From Paraspadella gotoi (Eukaryota > Animalia > Chaetognatha), in contig CM119266.1 in the NCBI GenBank assembly GCA_051294375.1, positions 4,456,832-4,520,831 of the forward strand: DNA of 64,000 nucleotides. The letters run 5' to 3'. Shown one piece after another: positions 13,392 through 27,820 of this stretch (positions within the stretch are counted from its first letter, which is position 1; each line of letters opens with the position of its first letter). Position numbers and translations under genes: made by a program. The notes under the pieces are model-generated. The model had not been told where the DNA came from and did not search any database. It saw only the letters and a program-made list of their open reading frames with translations.

Positions 13392-13602
13392 GGCGACAGC
13401 CGGGTTGCCTGTGATGGGCATCTCACTGTGGCTTTGGGGCTTCGACCCTAGTGACGCCTCCAGTCACTGGAGCGCGGTTACCCTAGGACGGTCTCGCTTT
13501 GGCCAACTGCAGAGAGAAGTCTTAGCTGTGGACGGAAACACAACGCCCTTGGATGGTGTGACACGCCTTGGTGGATGTGAGGCGGTGTAAAAATACCGCC
13601 AC
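13392..13602 (+). mobile_element. Dispersed GC-rich hairpin-rich element, copy A (possible SINE/LINE-UTR or structured RNA; functional strand unknown)
   Basis: It aligns by eye with 20371-20571 and with the reverse complement of 56540-56810, which has unrelated flanks. Confidence 0.6.
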
Positions 13603-14769
13603 AATATCATATTTTTATAAAAAACGCTTACGTTTCAAATCCAAAGACGACGACGACCTAAAACTAAAACAGCGACAAGGTCTCTCTCCTCTCTCCTCTC
13701 TCTCCTCTCTCTCTTCTCTCTCTCTCCTTCTTCTCTCTCGTCTCTTTCTCTCTCTCCTCTCTCTCTTCTCTCTCTCCTCCAGATGAGGGTTTCTCTGGTC
13801 TAATTTAAACAATGAGTTTAAAATTTAAGACTAATTTGTAGACCTAAAAATTTACGACGATTTTGTGACGAACAGTGAAAATGTTTCAGGCCGAAGATCG
13901 ATGAGGAGCGACGAGAGCAGAGACAGGACGACGACGACGAACGACGACGCCGAACTGCCGGTGAATGTTATGTCCTTCGAACGCTGAAAATTTGGCGGAA
14001 AGAGATGTTCATTTTTCTCGAGTTCGAAATAAACGACTGTCGCAAATCTTCAAAAATATAAATCTCAATTAAATCTTCAAAAATCGAAGATCCATTAATA
14101 TCTTCTTTTTTAATATTTCAAATTCTTGAAAAAAAAAATATTCAAAAGAAGTTCAAATCCATAAATAAATCGTTAAAAATTATTAACGCTTTAAAAAACC
14201 TAATCAATAATTCTAAGATCAGATTTAAGAGATTTACACAACAAATTCACTCAACTTCAAAAAATCACATTTCTCCATCGAGTATCTCTCGTCATCTCTC
14301 TCTCTATCCTCTCTCTTCTCTCTCTCTCTCTCTTCTTCTCCGCATCTCTCTCTCTCATCTCTCTCCCTCTCTCTCCCCTCTCTCTCGTCGTCCCTCTTCC
14401 TCGTCTCTCTCTAACTCTCTCTCTCTCTTCTTTCGACCTCTCTCTCTCTCCTATCTCTCTATCTCTCTCCCTTCTCTCCTCTCTCTCTCTAATCTCTCTC
14501 TCTCTTCCCCTTCTCCTATTCTCTTCCCTATCTCTCTCATATCCTCTTCCTCTCACTCCTCTCCTCTCTCTCATATGATATCTTCGGCTGCAAATTCCTC
14601 TCTCTCCCTTCTCTCTCTCTCTCTCTCTCCCCTCTCTCACCTCTCTGCCCTCTCTCCTAATCTCCCTCTCTCTCTCTCTCTCCTCTCGCCTCTCTCTCTT
14701 TTCCCTTCGCCGCGTTTTCGTCATAAACGAAGGAGTTTAACGACTTCGCGTCTTTGAGGTTTCGGAGCG

Positions 14770-14801
<32 letters not shown>

Positions 14802-14811
14802 NNNNNNNNNN

Positions 14812-14843
<32 letters not shown>

Positions 14844-15365
14844 AGCCACCCTCCCAACATCTTCACGATCTCCCTCTCAACAACCGACAACCGGCAGCAA
14901 CGATAAAAAAAATAATCCCGGTCAACAACCTCGAGTCTCTTCTTCTTCCGGCAACAATTTCGTCCGTCGGTTGGGTCGACCGACAGACCGACCGACCGAC
15001 AGACCGACCGACCGACCGATCAACAAATTAACTGACCGACCGACCTGCATTTCCTCTTTTCCAAAAAGAAACAACGAAATCTGGATCAACTTTTAAACTG
15101 AGCCTCATTGTTGGGCGCCAGAGTTCCATGCATCAGGCAGTTTGCCTGTTGCGTTTCGCTTCTCATTGCCGACTTATGACCGCAATGACCCTTACTCCCC
15201 CCTCCGCCCTTCCCCCCCCCTCCCTCCCCCTAGTTCCCTGCAACCACTCTAACGTGGATCGTGCCGCATGACCGATGTCTCTTATATCTGCTTCTCTCTG
15301 CCAAAAAAATGTCTTATATCTTATGACTCAATTCTTTATCAATTTGGAAAAAGAAAAGTTAAAAA

Positions 15366-15455
15366 TGGGACCTGACCCGAGATTTGAACTTACCCTAGAT
15401 TTCGTGAGACGAGTGACATCTCACGATTGTCGACTTACTTTAAAAATTGATCCCA
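15366..15455. other. ~90-bp fold-back element (MITE-like or Pol III-like remnant); second copy at ~22145-22234
   Basis: The ends TGGGACC/GATCCCA are complementary with one wobble on the minus strand. There is an internal hairpin TCGTGAGAC...ATCTCACGA (15402-15426), and the minus strand has a B-box-like GTTCAAATC and a terminal T-run. Confidence 0.3.
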
Positions 15456-16437
15456 CTCAACGTAGCACAGCACAGCATAGCATAGCATAGATTAGCATAG
15501 CAATCCATATTTCTCATTCTTTTCTCACCTTTTTTTTTTTTGTCTTTATTTTCTGTGTTATAATTTCAGGGTTGAAGAGACTTACTTGGCGAAAATATTT
15601 GGAATTATTGAGACAAGTTTCACGTATCTTTTGAGAGAAATATAATGATTCGAAAAATCATCAAACAGTTATAAACAGAGACAAAACAAAGGAAAAACTA
15701 TTCACGGTGAGAGAAAACAATAATAAAAGAGTTCAGTTGTGTGGGTCAAATAAGTTGGCCCACGGAACGGTCAAGTGGTGAGTTTGAAATTGGCGATATT
15801 CGCTCATTGTCGTCGTCGTCGTCGTTGTTGTTGTTGTTGTAGTTGTTATGTTCAATTAGGCAGCTACAGGGTTATCTTTAAGTCTCGCTACTCCCATCTT
15901 AGCTTTCCTTCCCTTCCTTCCTTCCTTCATCCCTTTCCCTTCCTTTCTTTCTTTCTTCCCATCCTTCCTCCTTCAGTATCTTTCCTTCCTTCCCTCTCTC
16001 TCATCCTTCCTCCCTCCCTTCCCTCTTCCTTTCCCTCCCTCCCTCCCCCTCCTCTTCCTCTTTCCCTCCCTCCCCTCCTCTTCCTCTTCTTCCCTCCCTC
16101 CCCTCTTCCTTCTCTCCCTCCCTTCTCAATCTTTCCCAACCAAATTCCCAAAAGAATTCTTCTTCATTCGACCGGCGGTTGTCTAATGTCTAGGGTTAAT
16201 CCGAGTGGAGGGGGGTGGGTCTAGGGGGAGCAGGGGGTGGTCCAAGGGGGACAGGGGGTGGGTCCAGGGGGGAGGAATTGAAAATGGGGAGAAAAGAGGC
16301 GGGGAGGTGAAAGCTGTTTCTCCTTAACCCCCTTTCCGACAAAGAATAAGTCAAGCGCACAATCTATATCCTGTTTCTCTCACTCTCTCTCTCTCGTTTT
16401 CAATATCTCTCCAACTTTCGATGTATGCGACGTGAAG

Positions 16438-16521
<84 letters not shown>

Positions 16522-17230
16522 TCTCTCTCTTTCTCCGGTATCCCTTTCGAAAGACAATCGACTTTTTTTTACAAAATTCGATTCATAAAAACTGAAACTA
16601 AAAACGACGACGACGACGACGAAGACAAAACACGATTTTTTTTATTTTCCATGTTTTCGAAAAACGTTCTTGTTTTTTCCATTGTGTCCGTGCATATAAT
16701 TCCAATATTCTACTTCGTTATTACTAATATAGTAATATATTATATATTTGATCTTTGAAAGATTCCTAATTGAAAGCTTGCTTGGTATGTTATTATCTTG
16801 TAAGAAAAAAAGGAAGTCTTAACGTAGCCTGGTTTTAAGACAACTTATTTATTCAACGAATTTTATCTCTCTATTCTATGCTTACATCATATTATCAAAA
16901 ATATTTGCGTTTGCAAAATCCTCTTCGCAGATTTTACGTCTTTTATCACCATAAACCGAGTTACGCGTTAAACCGTAAAAGTTAAAAGTAGATCGTAAAC
17001 CTTGAAGGTTCACTTTCGGTTAAACCGAAAAATTATGAAGGAAAATTCCTGCTCGTCTCTCAGCTATTTAGTTTTGACTAACATAATATATGATAAGATA
17101 TACGAATATGATATGATATACGATGGAAATATTATATCACTGTGTAGGAATACAATGAGATAATATTACGAATAACGTGTCATGAATCACAAGTTAATTG
17201 TAAATGATTCCCAACCCAATAACTTATACC

Positions 17231-17385
17231 TAGATATTAGATATTAGATATTAGATATTATATCTAGATATTAGTATATTAGTAGATATTAGATAAATAG
17301 TAGATATTAGATAGTAGATATTAGATAGTAGATAGTAGTAGATAGTAGATAGTAGAAGATAGTAGATAGTAGATATTAATAGATA
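17231..17385 (+). repeat. Compound (TAGATAT)/(TAGATAG)/(TAG) simple repeat; copy at ~23981-24132
   Basis: Read directly from the sequence. Confidence 0.85.
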
Positions 17386-17609
17386 ACCCAAAGTTTGGTA
17401 AAGTATTTTTGTCAATAAAGTAAGTCAATTCTATGTCAAATTTTACAGGCTTCAAAATTTTATAAGAAGGTAATTATTTCTGCTGCTATTTATAGTTAAT
17501 ACACACAATCTTAAGGCACTGGAGCTAGGCTATATTGAAAAAGCGGCAGATAACTAATTACGATTTAGCGTCCACTAGTAATATATCTTTGTTTTAAGTT
17601 AATTTTTCC

Positions 17610-17646
<37 letters not shown>

Positions 17647-18285
17647 NNNNNNNNNNNNNNNNNNNNNNNNNAGCCTTGCCCTCTCCCACTCCACCCCTTA
17701 ACTTGACCCCAACACCACCCCCAACCACAAAAGACTTCCCAATTTCCACTATCCCTCATCGAACGCGGTCATCTCAGCGCGTCAACACGCCGCCATCTGC
17801 TCACAGTTTGTCTCGTTCTTTCAACACAGTCCCGACTGCACTCACCAGAACCACCGCTGTTACGTTCCTTGTCCAATACATTGCTTCCCGTTCCGTCGAT
17901 CGTTTTTTAACCTAACTCCGACCTGCCACTCCAACCTCAGACCTGGACTCCGACCTACCAATCCGATCTCCGACCAGCCTGGTCCAAACGCTCTCAAAAC
18001 GTCTCATACCAAAACTTCAAACTTTCACCGTCAATTTCAACTCTCTTTTCCCTACCCTTTTTTATTGTTCACGCTCATCACTCTCACATTCACCACACCC
18101 CCTCCGCTACCAACTCGCTCCCTTCTCCCCTCCCCCCTTCCGCCCCCCTCCATCCGTCTCACCAACCGTTCACTTAATCGAATCCCCCGAGGTTCACGTC
18201 AATCACTTTCACTCTTCACTCTTTCTCTCTTTCACCGCAACAACCAAAAATCACAAAATCACACAAAATTTTTCTTTCTCCTTCT

Positions 18286-18348
<63 letters not shown>

Positions 18349-18935
18349 AAAACCAAATCGCTCCACGAAAGCCCCGAGCGACTCCACCACCTTCGAACGC
18401 GACTCATTCCATCCACTTCAATTGCTCCTCAATTGCTCCTCATGGCTCCACCCAACCCTTAATCATCGCTCCTCTTCCTTCCTCCTCACTGTTTGCCGCT
18501 TCACTGTACGATGACTAAGCTTCTTCTTAGATTATATTTATAATTAATTTATTTATAATTAATTATATTTATAATTAATTATATTATATTAATTATATTA
18601 TATTGTTATACATAAAGCAAATTTTGTGCTGGGAAGATCTAAAAAGTTCCCCAGATACAATATTTTTCAGTTTCCTCAGCTTATTGTCAAAAAGTTTTAT
18701 TTATCTTTGTAGATCTATTAATTTTGTCAAGTTAAAACAAAGATTTATACCATTTTTGTATCTATTGTATGTCTTTAACATGTACAGTTTCAAAAACTAC
18801 TAAGCTAAACAAAAAAAACCCCTCCGACCCCCCTTCTCCCCTTCCATCTCCCTCCCCCCCTCTCTCTCCCTCACCGGCGCGAATGGATGCGTCATTTCGA
18901 AAATTAGAATCGGAAGTTGAGTGACGACCATCCAT

Positions 18936-18967
<32 letters not shown>

Positions 18968-19932
18968 GATCGTGATGATTATAAATCGAAATCGATCTTC
19001 ACAGAAACTTAGAAACGATCGAGATGAACACGGGTTCGGAATTAAGCGGGATGTTACCAAGATTTGATGAATAGTTTTGTATTAAAGCAACTTAAATTAA
19101 CAGTTTATTTAGTGTTAGGATGTGTTTATTAAATTCATCTTGAAAATGAATTAGGAAATTATGGCGATTCCGATTAATAGAGAAAATTAACCATTAAATA
19201 ATTTATATTGATAAATATATATATTGATATATATATATGATAAATCTCAAAGCTTCTACTTAATTATCCCGACTTTGTAGACAGCGTGTCTCCGACCGCA
19301 AAAACTTCTCGTTTAAAATCATCGATCGAATTCACTACGAAACCGAAATTCACTTACGAACCGAAATTCACTACGAACCGAAATTCACTACGAGCGACTC
19401 TCATCTCAAAAACTGTCCCGACTGAATTTCGGGATCCATATTTTTTGAACTCAATTATTTTTGTATAAAAAATTAATTTTTTTTTTGTCCCTTTTTTCGT
19501 TTTTTAAATATTTAGTTATTTAGTCAATTTAATTTTTTATTCCCCATTTTTCCCGAAATTCTCTTTTTTTAGGCAGATTTTTTTTTTTCATTTTTTCTCA
19601 AGTTTTTTCAAAATGTTTCATTTTTTTTCAAACTTTTTTTCTCTCTTTTCTTTCTTCGCCTTTCAAGACTCTTGTTTCACTTTCGTGGTTCTTTAGCTTT
19701 CCTCCGTTTTTGCCACTTAACACTCGCGCGAGCTCTCTCTCTCTCTTTGATTCTGTTTCTCTCTCTCCCCCCCCTCTCTCTCTCTCCCCCCCCCCCCCTC
19801 CCCCCCCTTCTCCCTCCTCCCTCCCCATTGCGATCACCCGCCATCGATTCATTAAAGGGTCTCTCCAATTTCTGAGCTTCTGTTGTCGAACACAAGAGGG
19901 CACTGGGTCACAACCAATGAAGAAGCTCTTTG

Positions 19933-20022
<90 letters not shown>

Positions 20023-20370
20023 CTATACGATGTCCCTTGAGATGCGCTGACGGGTCGACCTCGTATTTATCGATGACAACGACGACGACGACGACAACGA
20101 CGACGACGACAACGAGCGGCAGCGACGAGCAATATTCCACAGTCATGACTCAGTGAATTCTGGGCGTGGTATCTCACAGCCGACCGCAGTCATCAATGGA
20201 TGTTCGTTTTCCGAAATGCTATATTAAATTGTAACAAGCATTCAATGAACAAGCTATTTAATTTCATCCCTTTCAAGCTTTCAATCAAGAGCTTAGTTTA
20301 TCAACCAGAGTCTAGTTTATAACTACGACAGCTTTCTATTAAATAAATTTAATAAATAAAGTTATATTAT

Positions 20371-20571
20371 GGCGACAGCCGGGTTGCCTGTGATGGGGCA
20401 TCTCACTGTTGGCTTTGGGGGCTTCCGACCCTCAGAGACGACTCCTGTCTACCCTAGGACGGTCTCGCTTTGCCAACGCAGAGAGAAGTCGTTAGACTGT
20501 GACGGAACACAACGCCTTGGATGGTGTGAAACGCCTCTGGTGGATGTGAGGCGGTGTAAAAATACCGCCAC
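20371..20571 (+). mobile_element. Dispersed hairpin-rich element, copy B (same locus as A, different allele)
   Basis: It has the same flanks as copy A and an internal ~16-nt deletion relative to A. A noisy inverted read of this version lies at ~11299-11552. Confidence 0.6.
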
Positions 20572-20690
20572 AATATCATATTTATAAAAAATCGTTGTTA
20601 AATTCAAAATTCTTTGCTCTCTCTATAAAAAAACGCTTACGTTTCAATCCAAGACGACGACGACCCTAAAACTAAAACAGCGAGAAGGTT

Positions 20691-20765
<75 letters not shown>

Positions 20766-21196
20766 GATGAGGGTTCTCTGGTCATAATTTAAACAATGAG
20801 TTTAAATTTAAGACTTAGACTAAAAATTACGATTTTGTGACGACAGTGAAATGTCAGGCCGAAGATCGATGACAACGACGACGAAGACGACGACGACGAC
20901 GACGATGAAGACGACGACGACGACGACGCGACGACGTGCCGGTGATTTATGACTTCGACGCTGAAATTTGGCGGAAGAGATTTCATTTATCTCGAGTTCG
21001 ACGACCAAATCTCAAATAAATCTCAAATTAAATCTCAAAATCGAATCATAAATCTTTTAATATTTCATTCTTGAAAAAAATCAAAAGTCAAATCCATAAA
21101 TCGTTTTAAAAATTATAACCTTTAAAACTAATCAAATTCTAATCAGATTTAAGATCACAACAAATCACAAACTTCAATCACATTCTCATCGAGTCT

Positions 21197-21331
<135 letters not shown>

Positions 21332-21343
21332 CCTATCTCTCTC

Positions 21344-21459
<116 letters not shown>

Positions 21460-21536
21460 TCTCTCTTTCCCGTTCGCCGCGTTTTCGTCATAAACGAAGG
21501 AGTTTAACGACTTCGCGTCTTTGAGGTTTCGGAGCG

Positions 21537-21596
<60 letters not shown>

Positions 21597-23189
21597 ACGA
21601 CGACGACGACGACGACGCAGCCACCCTCCCAACATCTTCACCATCTCCCTCTCAACAACCGACAACCGGCAGCAACGATAAAAAAAATAATCCCGGTCAA
21701 CAACCTCGAGTCTCTTCTTCTTCCGGAACAATTTCGTCCGTCGTTGTGTCGACGGACGAACCGACAGACCGACCGACCGACAGACCGACCGACCGACGAT
21801 CAACAAATTAACTGACCGACCGACCTGCATTTCCTCTTTTCCAAAAGAAACAACGAAATCTGGATCAACTTTAAACTGAGCCTCATTGTTGGGCGCCAGA
21901 GTTCCATGCATCAGCAGTTTGCCTGTTGCGTTTCGGCTTCTCATTGCCGACTTATGACCGCAATGACCCTTACTCCCCCCTCCGCCCTTCCCCCCCCCCT
22001 CCCTCCCCCTAGTTCCCTGCAACCACTCTAACGTGGATCGTGCCGCATGACCGATGTCTCTTATATCTGCTTCTCTCTGCCAAAAAAATGTCTTATATCT
22101 TATGACTCAATTCTTTATCAATTTGGAAAAAGAAAAGTTAAAAATGGGACCTGACCCGAGATTTGAACTTACCCTAGATTTCGTGAGACGAGTGACATCT
22201 CACGATTGTCGACTTACTTTAAAAATTGATCCCACTCAACGTAGCACAGCACAGCATAGCATAGCATAGATTAGCATAGCAATCCATATTTCTCATTCTT
22301 TTCTCACCTTTTTTTTTTTGTCTTTATTTCTGTGTATATAATTTCAGGGTTGAAGAGACTTACTTGGCGAAAATATTTGGAATTATTGAGACAAGTTTCA
22401 CGGTATCTTTGAGAGAAATATAATGATTCAAAAATCATCAAACAGTTATAAACAGAGACAAAACAAAGGAAAAAACTATTCACGGTGAGAAAACAATAAT
22501 AAAAGAAGTTCAGTTGTGTGGGTCAAATAAGTTGGCCCACGGAACGGTCAAGTGGTGAGTTTGAAATTGCATATTCGCTCATTGTCGTCGTCGTCGTCGT
22601 TGTTTTGTGTTTGTATTGTTAGTTCAATTAGGCAGCTACAGGGTTATCTTTAAGTCTCGCTACTCCCATCTTAGCTTCCTTCCCTTCCTTCCTTCCTTCA
22701 TCCCTTTCCCTTCCTTTTTCCTTCTTCCCATCCTTCCTCCTTCAGTATCTTTCCTTCCTTCCCTCTCTCTCATCCTTCCTCCCTCCCTTCCCTCTTCCTT
22801 TCCCTCCCTCCCTCCCCCTCCTCTTCCTCTTCCCTCCCTCCCTCCTCTTCCTCTTCTTCCCTCCCTCCCCTCTTCCTTCTCTCCCTCCCTTCTCAATCTT
22901 TCCCAACCAAATTCCCAAAAGAATTCTTCTTCATTCGACGGCGGTTGTCTAATGTCTAGGGTTAATCCGAGTGGAGGGGGTGGTCAGGGAGCAGGGGTGG
23001 TCCAAGGGGACAGGGTGGCGTCCAGGGGCGAGGAATGAAAATGGGGAGAAGAGGCGGCGGGAGGTGAAAGCTGTTCTCCTTAACCCCCTTCTCGACAAAG
23101 AATAAGTCAAGCGCACAATCTATATCCTTTTCTCTCACTCTCTCTCTCTCGTTTCAATATCTCTCCAACTATTCGATGTATGCGACGTG

Positions 23190-23273
<84 letters not shown>

Positions 23274-24356
23274 TCTCTCTCCTTCTCCGGTATCCCTTTC
23301 GAAAACAATCGACTTTTTTTACAAAATTCCGATTCATAAAAACTGAACTAAAAACGACGACGACGACGACGAAGACAAAACACGATTTTTTTTATTTTTC
23401 CATGTTTTCGAAAAAACGTTCTTGTTTTTTCCATTGTGTCCGTGCATTATAATTCCAATATTCTACTTCGTTATTACTAATATAGTAATATATTATATAT
23501 TTGATCTTGGAAAGATTCCTAATTGAAAGCTTCTTGTATGTATTATCTTTAAAAAAAAAGGAAGTCTTAACGTAGCCTGGTTTTAAGACAACTTATTTAT
23601 TCAACGAATTTTATCTCTCTATTCTATGCTTACATCATATTATCAAAAATATTGCGTTTGCAAAATCCTCTTTCGCAGATTTTACGTCTTTTATCACCAT
23701 AAACCGAGTTACGCGTTAAACCGTAAAAGTTAAAAGTAGATCGTAAACCTTGAAGGTTCACTTTCGGTAAACCGAAAAAATTATGAAGGAAAATTCCTGC
23801 TCGTCTCTCAGCTATTTAGTTTGACTAACATAATATATGATAAGATATTACGAATATGATATGATATACATGGAAAATATTATATCACTGTGTAGGAATA
23901 ACAATGAGATAATATTACGAATAACGTGTCATGAATTCACAAGTTAATTGTAAATGATTCCCAACCCAATAACTTATACCTAGATATTAGATATTAAATA
24001 TTAATATTATATCTAGATATTAGTATATTAGTAGATATTAGATAAATAGTAGATATAGATAGTAGAATTAGATAGTAGATAGATAGTAGATAGTAGATAG
24101 TAGAAGATAGTAGATAGTAGATATTAATAGATACCCAAAGTTTGGTAAAGTATTTTTGTCAATAAAGTAAGTCAATTCTATGTCAAATTTTACAGGCTTT
24201 CAAATTTATAAGAAGGTAATTATTTCTGCTGCTATTTTATAGTTAATACACACAATCTTAAGGCACTGGAGCTAGGCTATATTGAAAAAGCGGCAGATAA
24301 CTAATTACGATTTAGCGTCCACTAGTAATATATCTTTGTTTAAGTTTAATTTTTCC

Positions 24357-24417
<61 letters not shown>

Positions 24418-24460
24418 ACTTTTGGGGTTAAAAATCCTCTTAACCTTTTTTCCTTTCTTT

Positions 24461-24532
<72 letters not shown>

Positions 24533-24636
24533 GTCTTAAGAATGGCGACTCAGTCTCTCTCTCTCTCTATCAGTCCTCAGATGTCGACCGTCAAAACAAT
24601 TCGCATAAAGTCGACTCTCTTTTATCTTATTCTCTC

Positions 24637-24678
<42 letters not shown>

Positions 24679-26750
24679 TATCTTAATCCTCTAAAATCCT
24701 TTCAAAAATATTCGCTTCTCCTTTTCCAACCTTTTAAATCTCGCTCCTTGATTAAATTCCCTCCCCCGTCACTCACTCCCTCTCCCTCTCTCTTATATTT
24801 AGCCTTTTCTTCCTTTTTTTTTAAACTTTTTTTATTTAAATCTTGACTAAAGATTTCCGATGTTTGTTTTCGAATTTGAGCTTTGAAAAGAAGCCGAAAA
24901 AGAAAGGGGGAGCTTTCTGGGTGTTTTCCTTTTAAAGATACGGGATTAAATTAAATCCGGGTTTTTAAAAACAAAAGACAAATCCAGTGGCTCCAACATC
25001 CATGAATCTTTATTTAAATCTCGATTAAAAATTGTCGTGGAAGGATAAAGCCGATTTTAAAGGCCAGCCTTATGGTTTTAGGGGCCGGATTAAGGGTTTT
25101 TAAGGCCATCTTAGGAACGAACATTTTCATAAGGTTGAACCGCGTAACTTAAACGCGAGTCGAGCCTTAAAAAAAAGCTTAAACCCCAAACCGTAAATTA
25201 TTAGGATTTTGAACCGAAAAGATGACGGAAGCTGGAAGATGAATTTAATATTTCGATAATTCAATTAAACCTGACACATTCTTCCTTAACTTTCTTTTCT
25301 CTCATTCTCCTTTATCCCTGATATAGAATAAAATTCAAGGTCTATCAAAAAAAAATATTTTCTAAATTATGCAATAGCCCTATCATGGCATATTATAGCA
25401 CACCATAGGTTTTTTTAGTTAAATAATTTTTATGCCCCAAACTTTGTTGTTTTGTTTTTTTTCTTCCGGTGCAAAAAGAAAGGCTGAAGTATAGCGACCT
25501 CTAGCCAAAGTCGAAACTTATTTCCATCGTAAAATAAAACAAAGCTAGACTAAAAATTTAATAAAATATTGCATTATTGCTAATAATATTAGAATATATT
25601 GGAATAAATATTTATAAATTTGTGGGTACCGTCTCCTAATATTCTCATCCCTTCAAAAAAATCGATTCGCCAAATCGTCATTCCCCAATTTTCTCCTCCA
25701 ATTGTCAAATTCAATTTCTAAATCCGTTAATTTTTTTTTCCAGTAGAAGGAAAGAATTAATTAAAAGAAATGAATCCTAGAGGAAATTCGACGGCGACCG
25801 CCGCAGCAGCGGGAGCCGCAGCGGACGCTCTCGAGCAGCGTCGAAGATCGTGACGAAACCCGGCAGCTGCAACACCTTCATTGTTGTTGAGAATTGTTGG
25901 ACGCGAAATCGCATTTGTTTCTTGACTTTGATTGATGCGACGGTGCGGAAAAAAAAAGAGAGAGAGAGAGAGAGAAATTTATTTTAAGAAGATGAAAAGT
26001 TCATCTCGGTTTTGAAACGGAAAGACCGACCGACCGACTCACCCAAGTCTCGAACTTGGACGGAAAGTCTTTAGAAGGTATTTTTTTGTCAATTGCCAAT
26101 ATATTTAAAAAAAAATTATTCTTATTTTTCGATATGATTTTATGCGAGAAGTACCTAGAGGCAGTTAATAAAAATAAAAGCAGTTTAGCAGAGATAGCGA
26201 ACCAAATAGCACATCGTAATTTTTAAAAAATAGGTAAATATTCGTTCGCATATTTTATATTATGGCTGTAGTAACTTCTTGTTAATCTTTGGATTTATTC
26301 GCTATCTTAATAATAATATAAAACCGAGCAAAGTTCTCGAAAATATGTATTTTGTTTGACTTTTTTTTAATATTCTTTCAAAAGTTGACAAAAATATGCA
26401 GCAGGATTAGATGTCGCTTTTGAATTTTTTTTAAACTTTCCCGTACGTCAAAAAAAAAAAACAAATGACAACTTCACTGATCTAAATAAAAGCAACATAA
26501 AGAAATACATTACAACACAAAAACTAGAACATATTCTGCGACTCAGTGTAGCAATTATAATTGTCAACTCATCATTGTCATCGTCGTCGGCCTGTTCATC
26601 ATTTATCCCAGAAAGATTTAAACCGACGCCGAAGCTTAAATTTCCCAAATAAGAACCGAACGATCGTCTGAATTTTAAAATCCGATGACCAAACGTTGAC
26701 AGGATTTTCGGCTTCGTGAGTCTGGGAAAGTTGAGACCGAAAATATTACT

Positions 26751-26816
26751 TGTCGGTCAGGCTTGTGTCGGTCAGGCTTGTGTCGGTCAGGATTATGTCG
26801 GTCTGGCTTGTGTCGG
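26751..26816 (+). repeat. 15-bp minisatellite (TGTCGGTCAGGCTTG) x~4.4, possibly subterminal repeats of a non-autonomous DNA transposon
   Basis: Tandem units are visible. The transposon link is inferred from the motif style only. Confidence 0.75.
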
Positions 26817-27773
26817 CCTCGCGTCACGTGATCGAGGGCAAAGGTGAGGCTCAAGATTATGAGACTCGAATGAGCCAATGGGTAAGTAAGCGTCTAGACG
26901 GGGATAAGACAGAGGTAAGTCGCGGTCAAGACTCGGAGAAGGTGAGGTTAAATCGAAGGGAAAATGTTTTGAAGTCTCGATGGAATGGAATCAAAGGCTG
27001 AGATGGAATCTTTTTCGGTCTCAGACAGATTTAGTGGATTTGGTAAGAGTCTCGTATTTTGTGAAGTTATTACAATTATCACACTTGCTTGCATACTGCA
27101 TAGTGAAATTCATACTTTCTCGTTCTGCACCTGGGATAAGTCTCTGGTTGAAACTCGGAGAAAAAAATATTTTAGGGCCCCGTAAATTATGACATAAATA
27201 GCCAAAATATGTTTTATTCAATACGCTCTATTTCATTTTAAAAATAATTTACGCCAGATAACATTTTAAAAATACTTTCATGGTTCAAAAGACTGTTAGA
27301 ATTAAAAATCATTCACCATTTTATTTCTTTTTAACAAAATACTATTAAATACAAAGATAAATAAACAAACCGCATAATATAATAATAGATAACCGTACTA
27401 ACAAATGTATAACACAATGAAACACGAAGCAGAAACTAATTAATGCTGGTTGAACATGTTTAGCGCCAATCAGTTTAGAATAAAACAATTACCCTGCATT
27501 TTGATCTTAAATATTACTCTCCGAACTTGTTTTAATCATCTTTGCCATATGCAAATTATATTTTGACAGAACAAAGAAATTTGTTATGAACAAACCCAGG
27601 ACGAAAATAAAACTACGCTTTGGCGAGAAATGGCACCAAAACACGAATATGCAAATTAGATTGTTAGCCTTTGATCTGCGTTTGGATTCAGAATTCGAGG
27701 AAATCAACAAAGAAAAAAAGTATGTCAGCAGAGAGAGAGAGAGACGGGCAGACGAGAGAGAGAGAGAGATAGA

Positions 27774-27820
<47 letters not shown>

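Larger units (their letters stand above)
12382..17646 (+). repeat. Direct copies of ~19890-24410 (12382-12861 ~ 20755-21200; 12890-14290 ~ 19890-21200; 14700-17646 ~ 21465-24410)
   Basis: Long collinear identity; for example the same 71-aa spurious ORF occurs at 15275 and 22054. The block is bounded by 25-N gaps. Confidence 0.92.

Noticed and set aside
15275-15490. 71-aa ORF identical at 15275 and 22054
   Set aside because: The identity reflects the assembly duplication, and the peptide runs across a fold-back element and a pentamer repeat.
20371-20571. Structured element read as SRP RNA (hairpin-UGU-hairpin start) or 7SK (GGATGTG)
   Set aside because: There is no SRP helix-8 motif, and GGATGTG lies near the 3' end without the GATC-containing stem.
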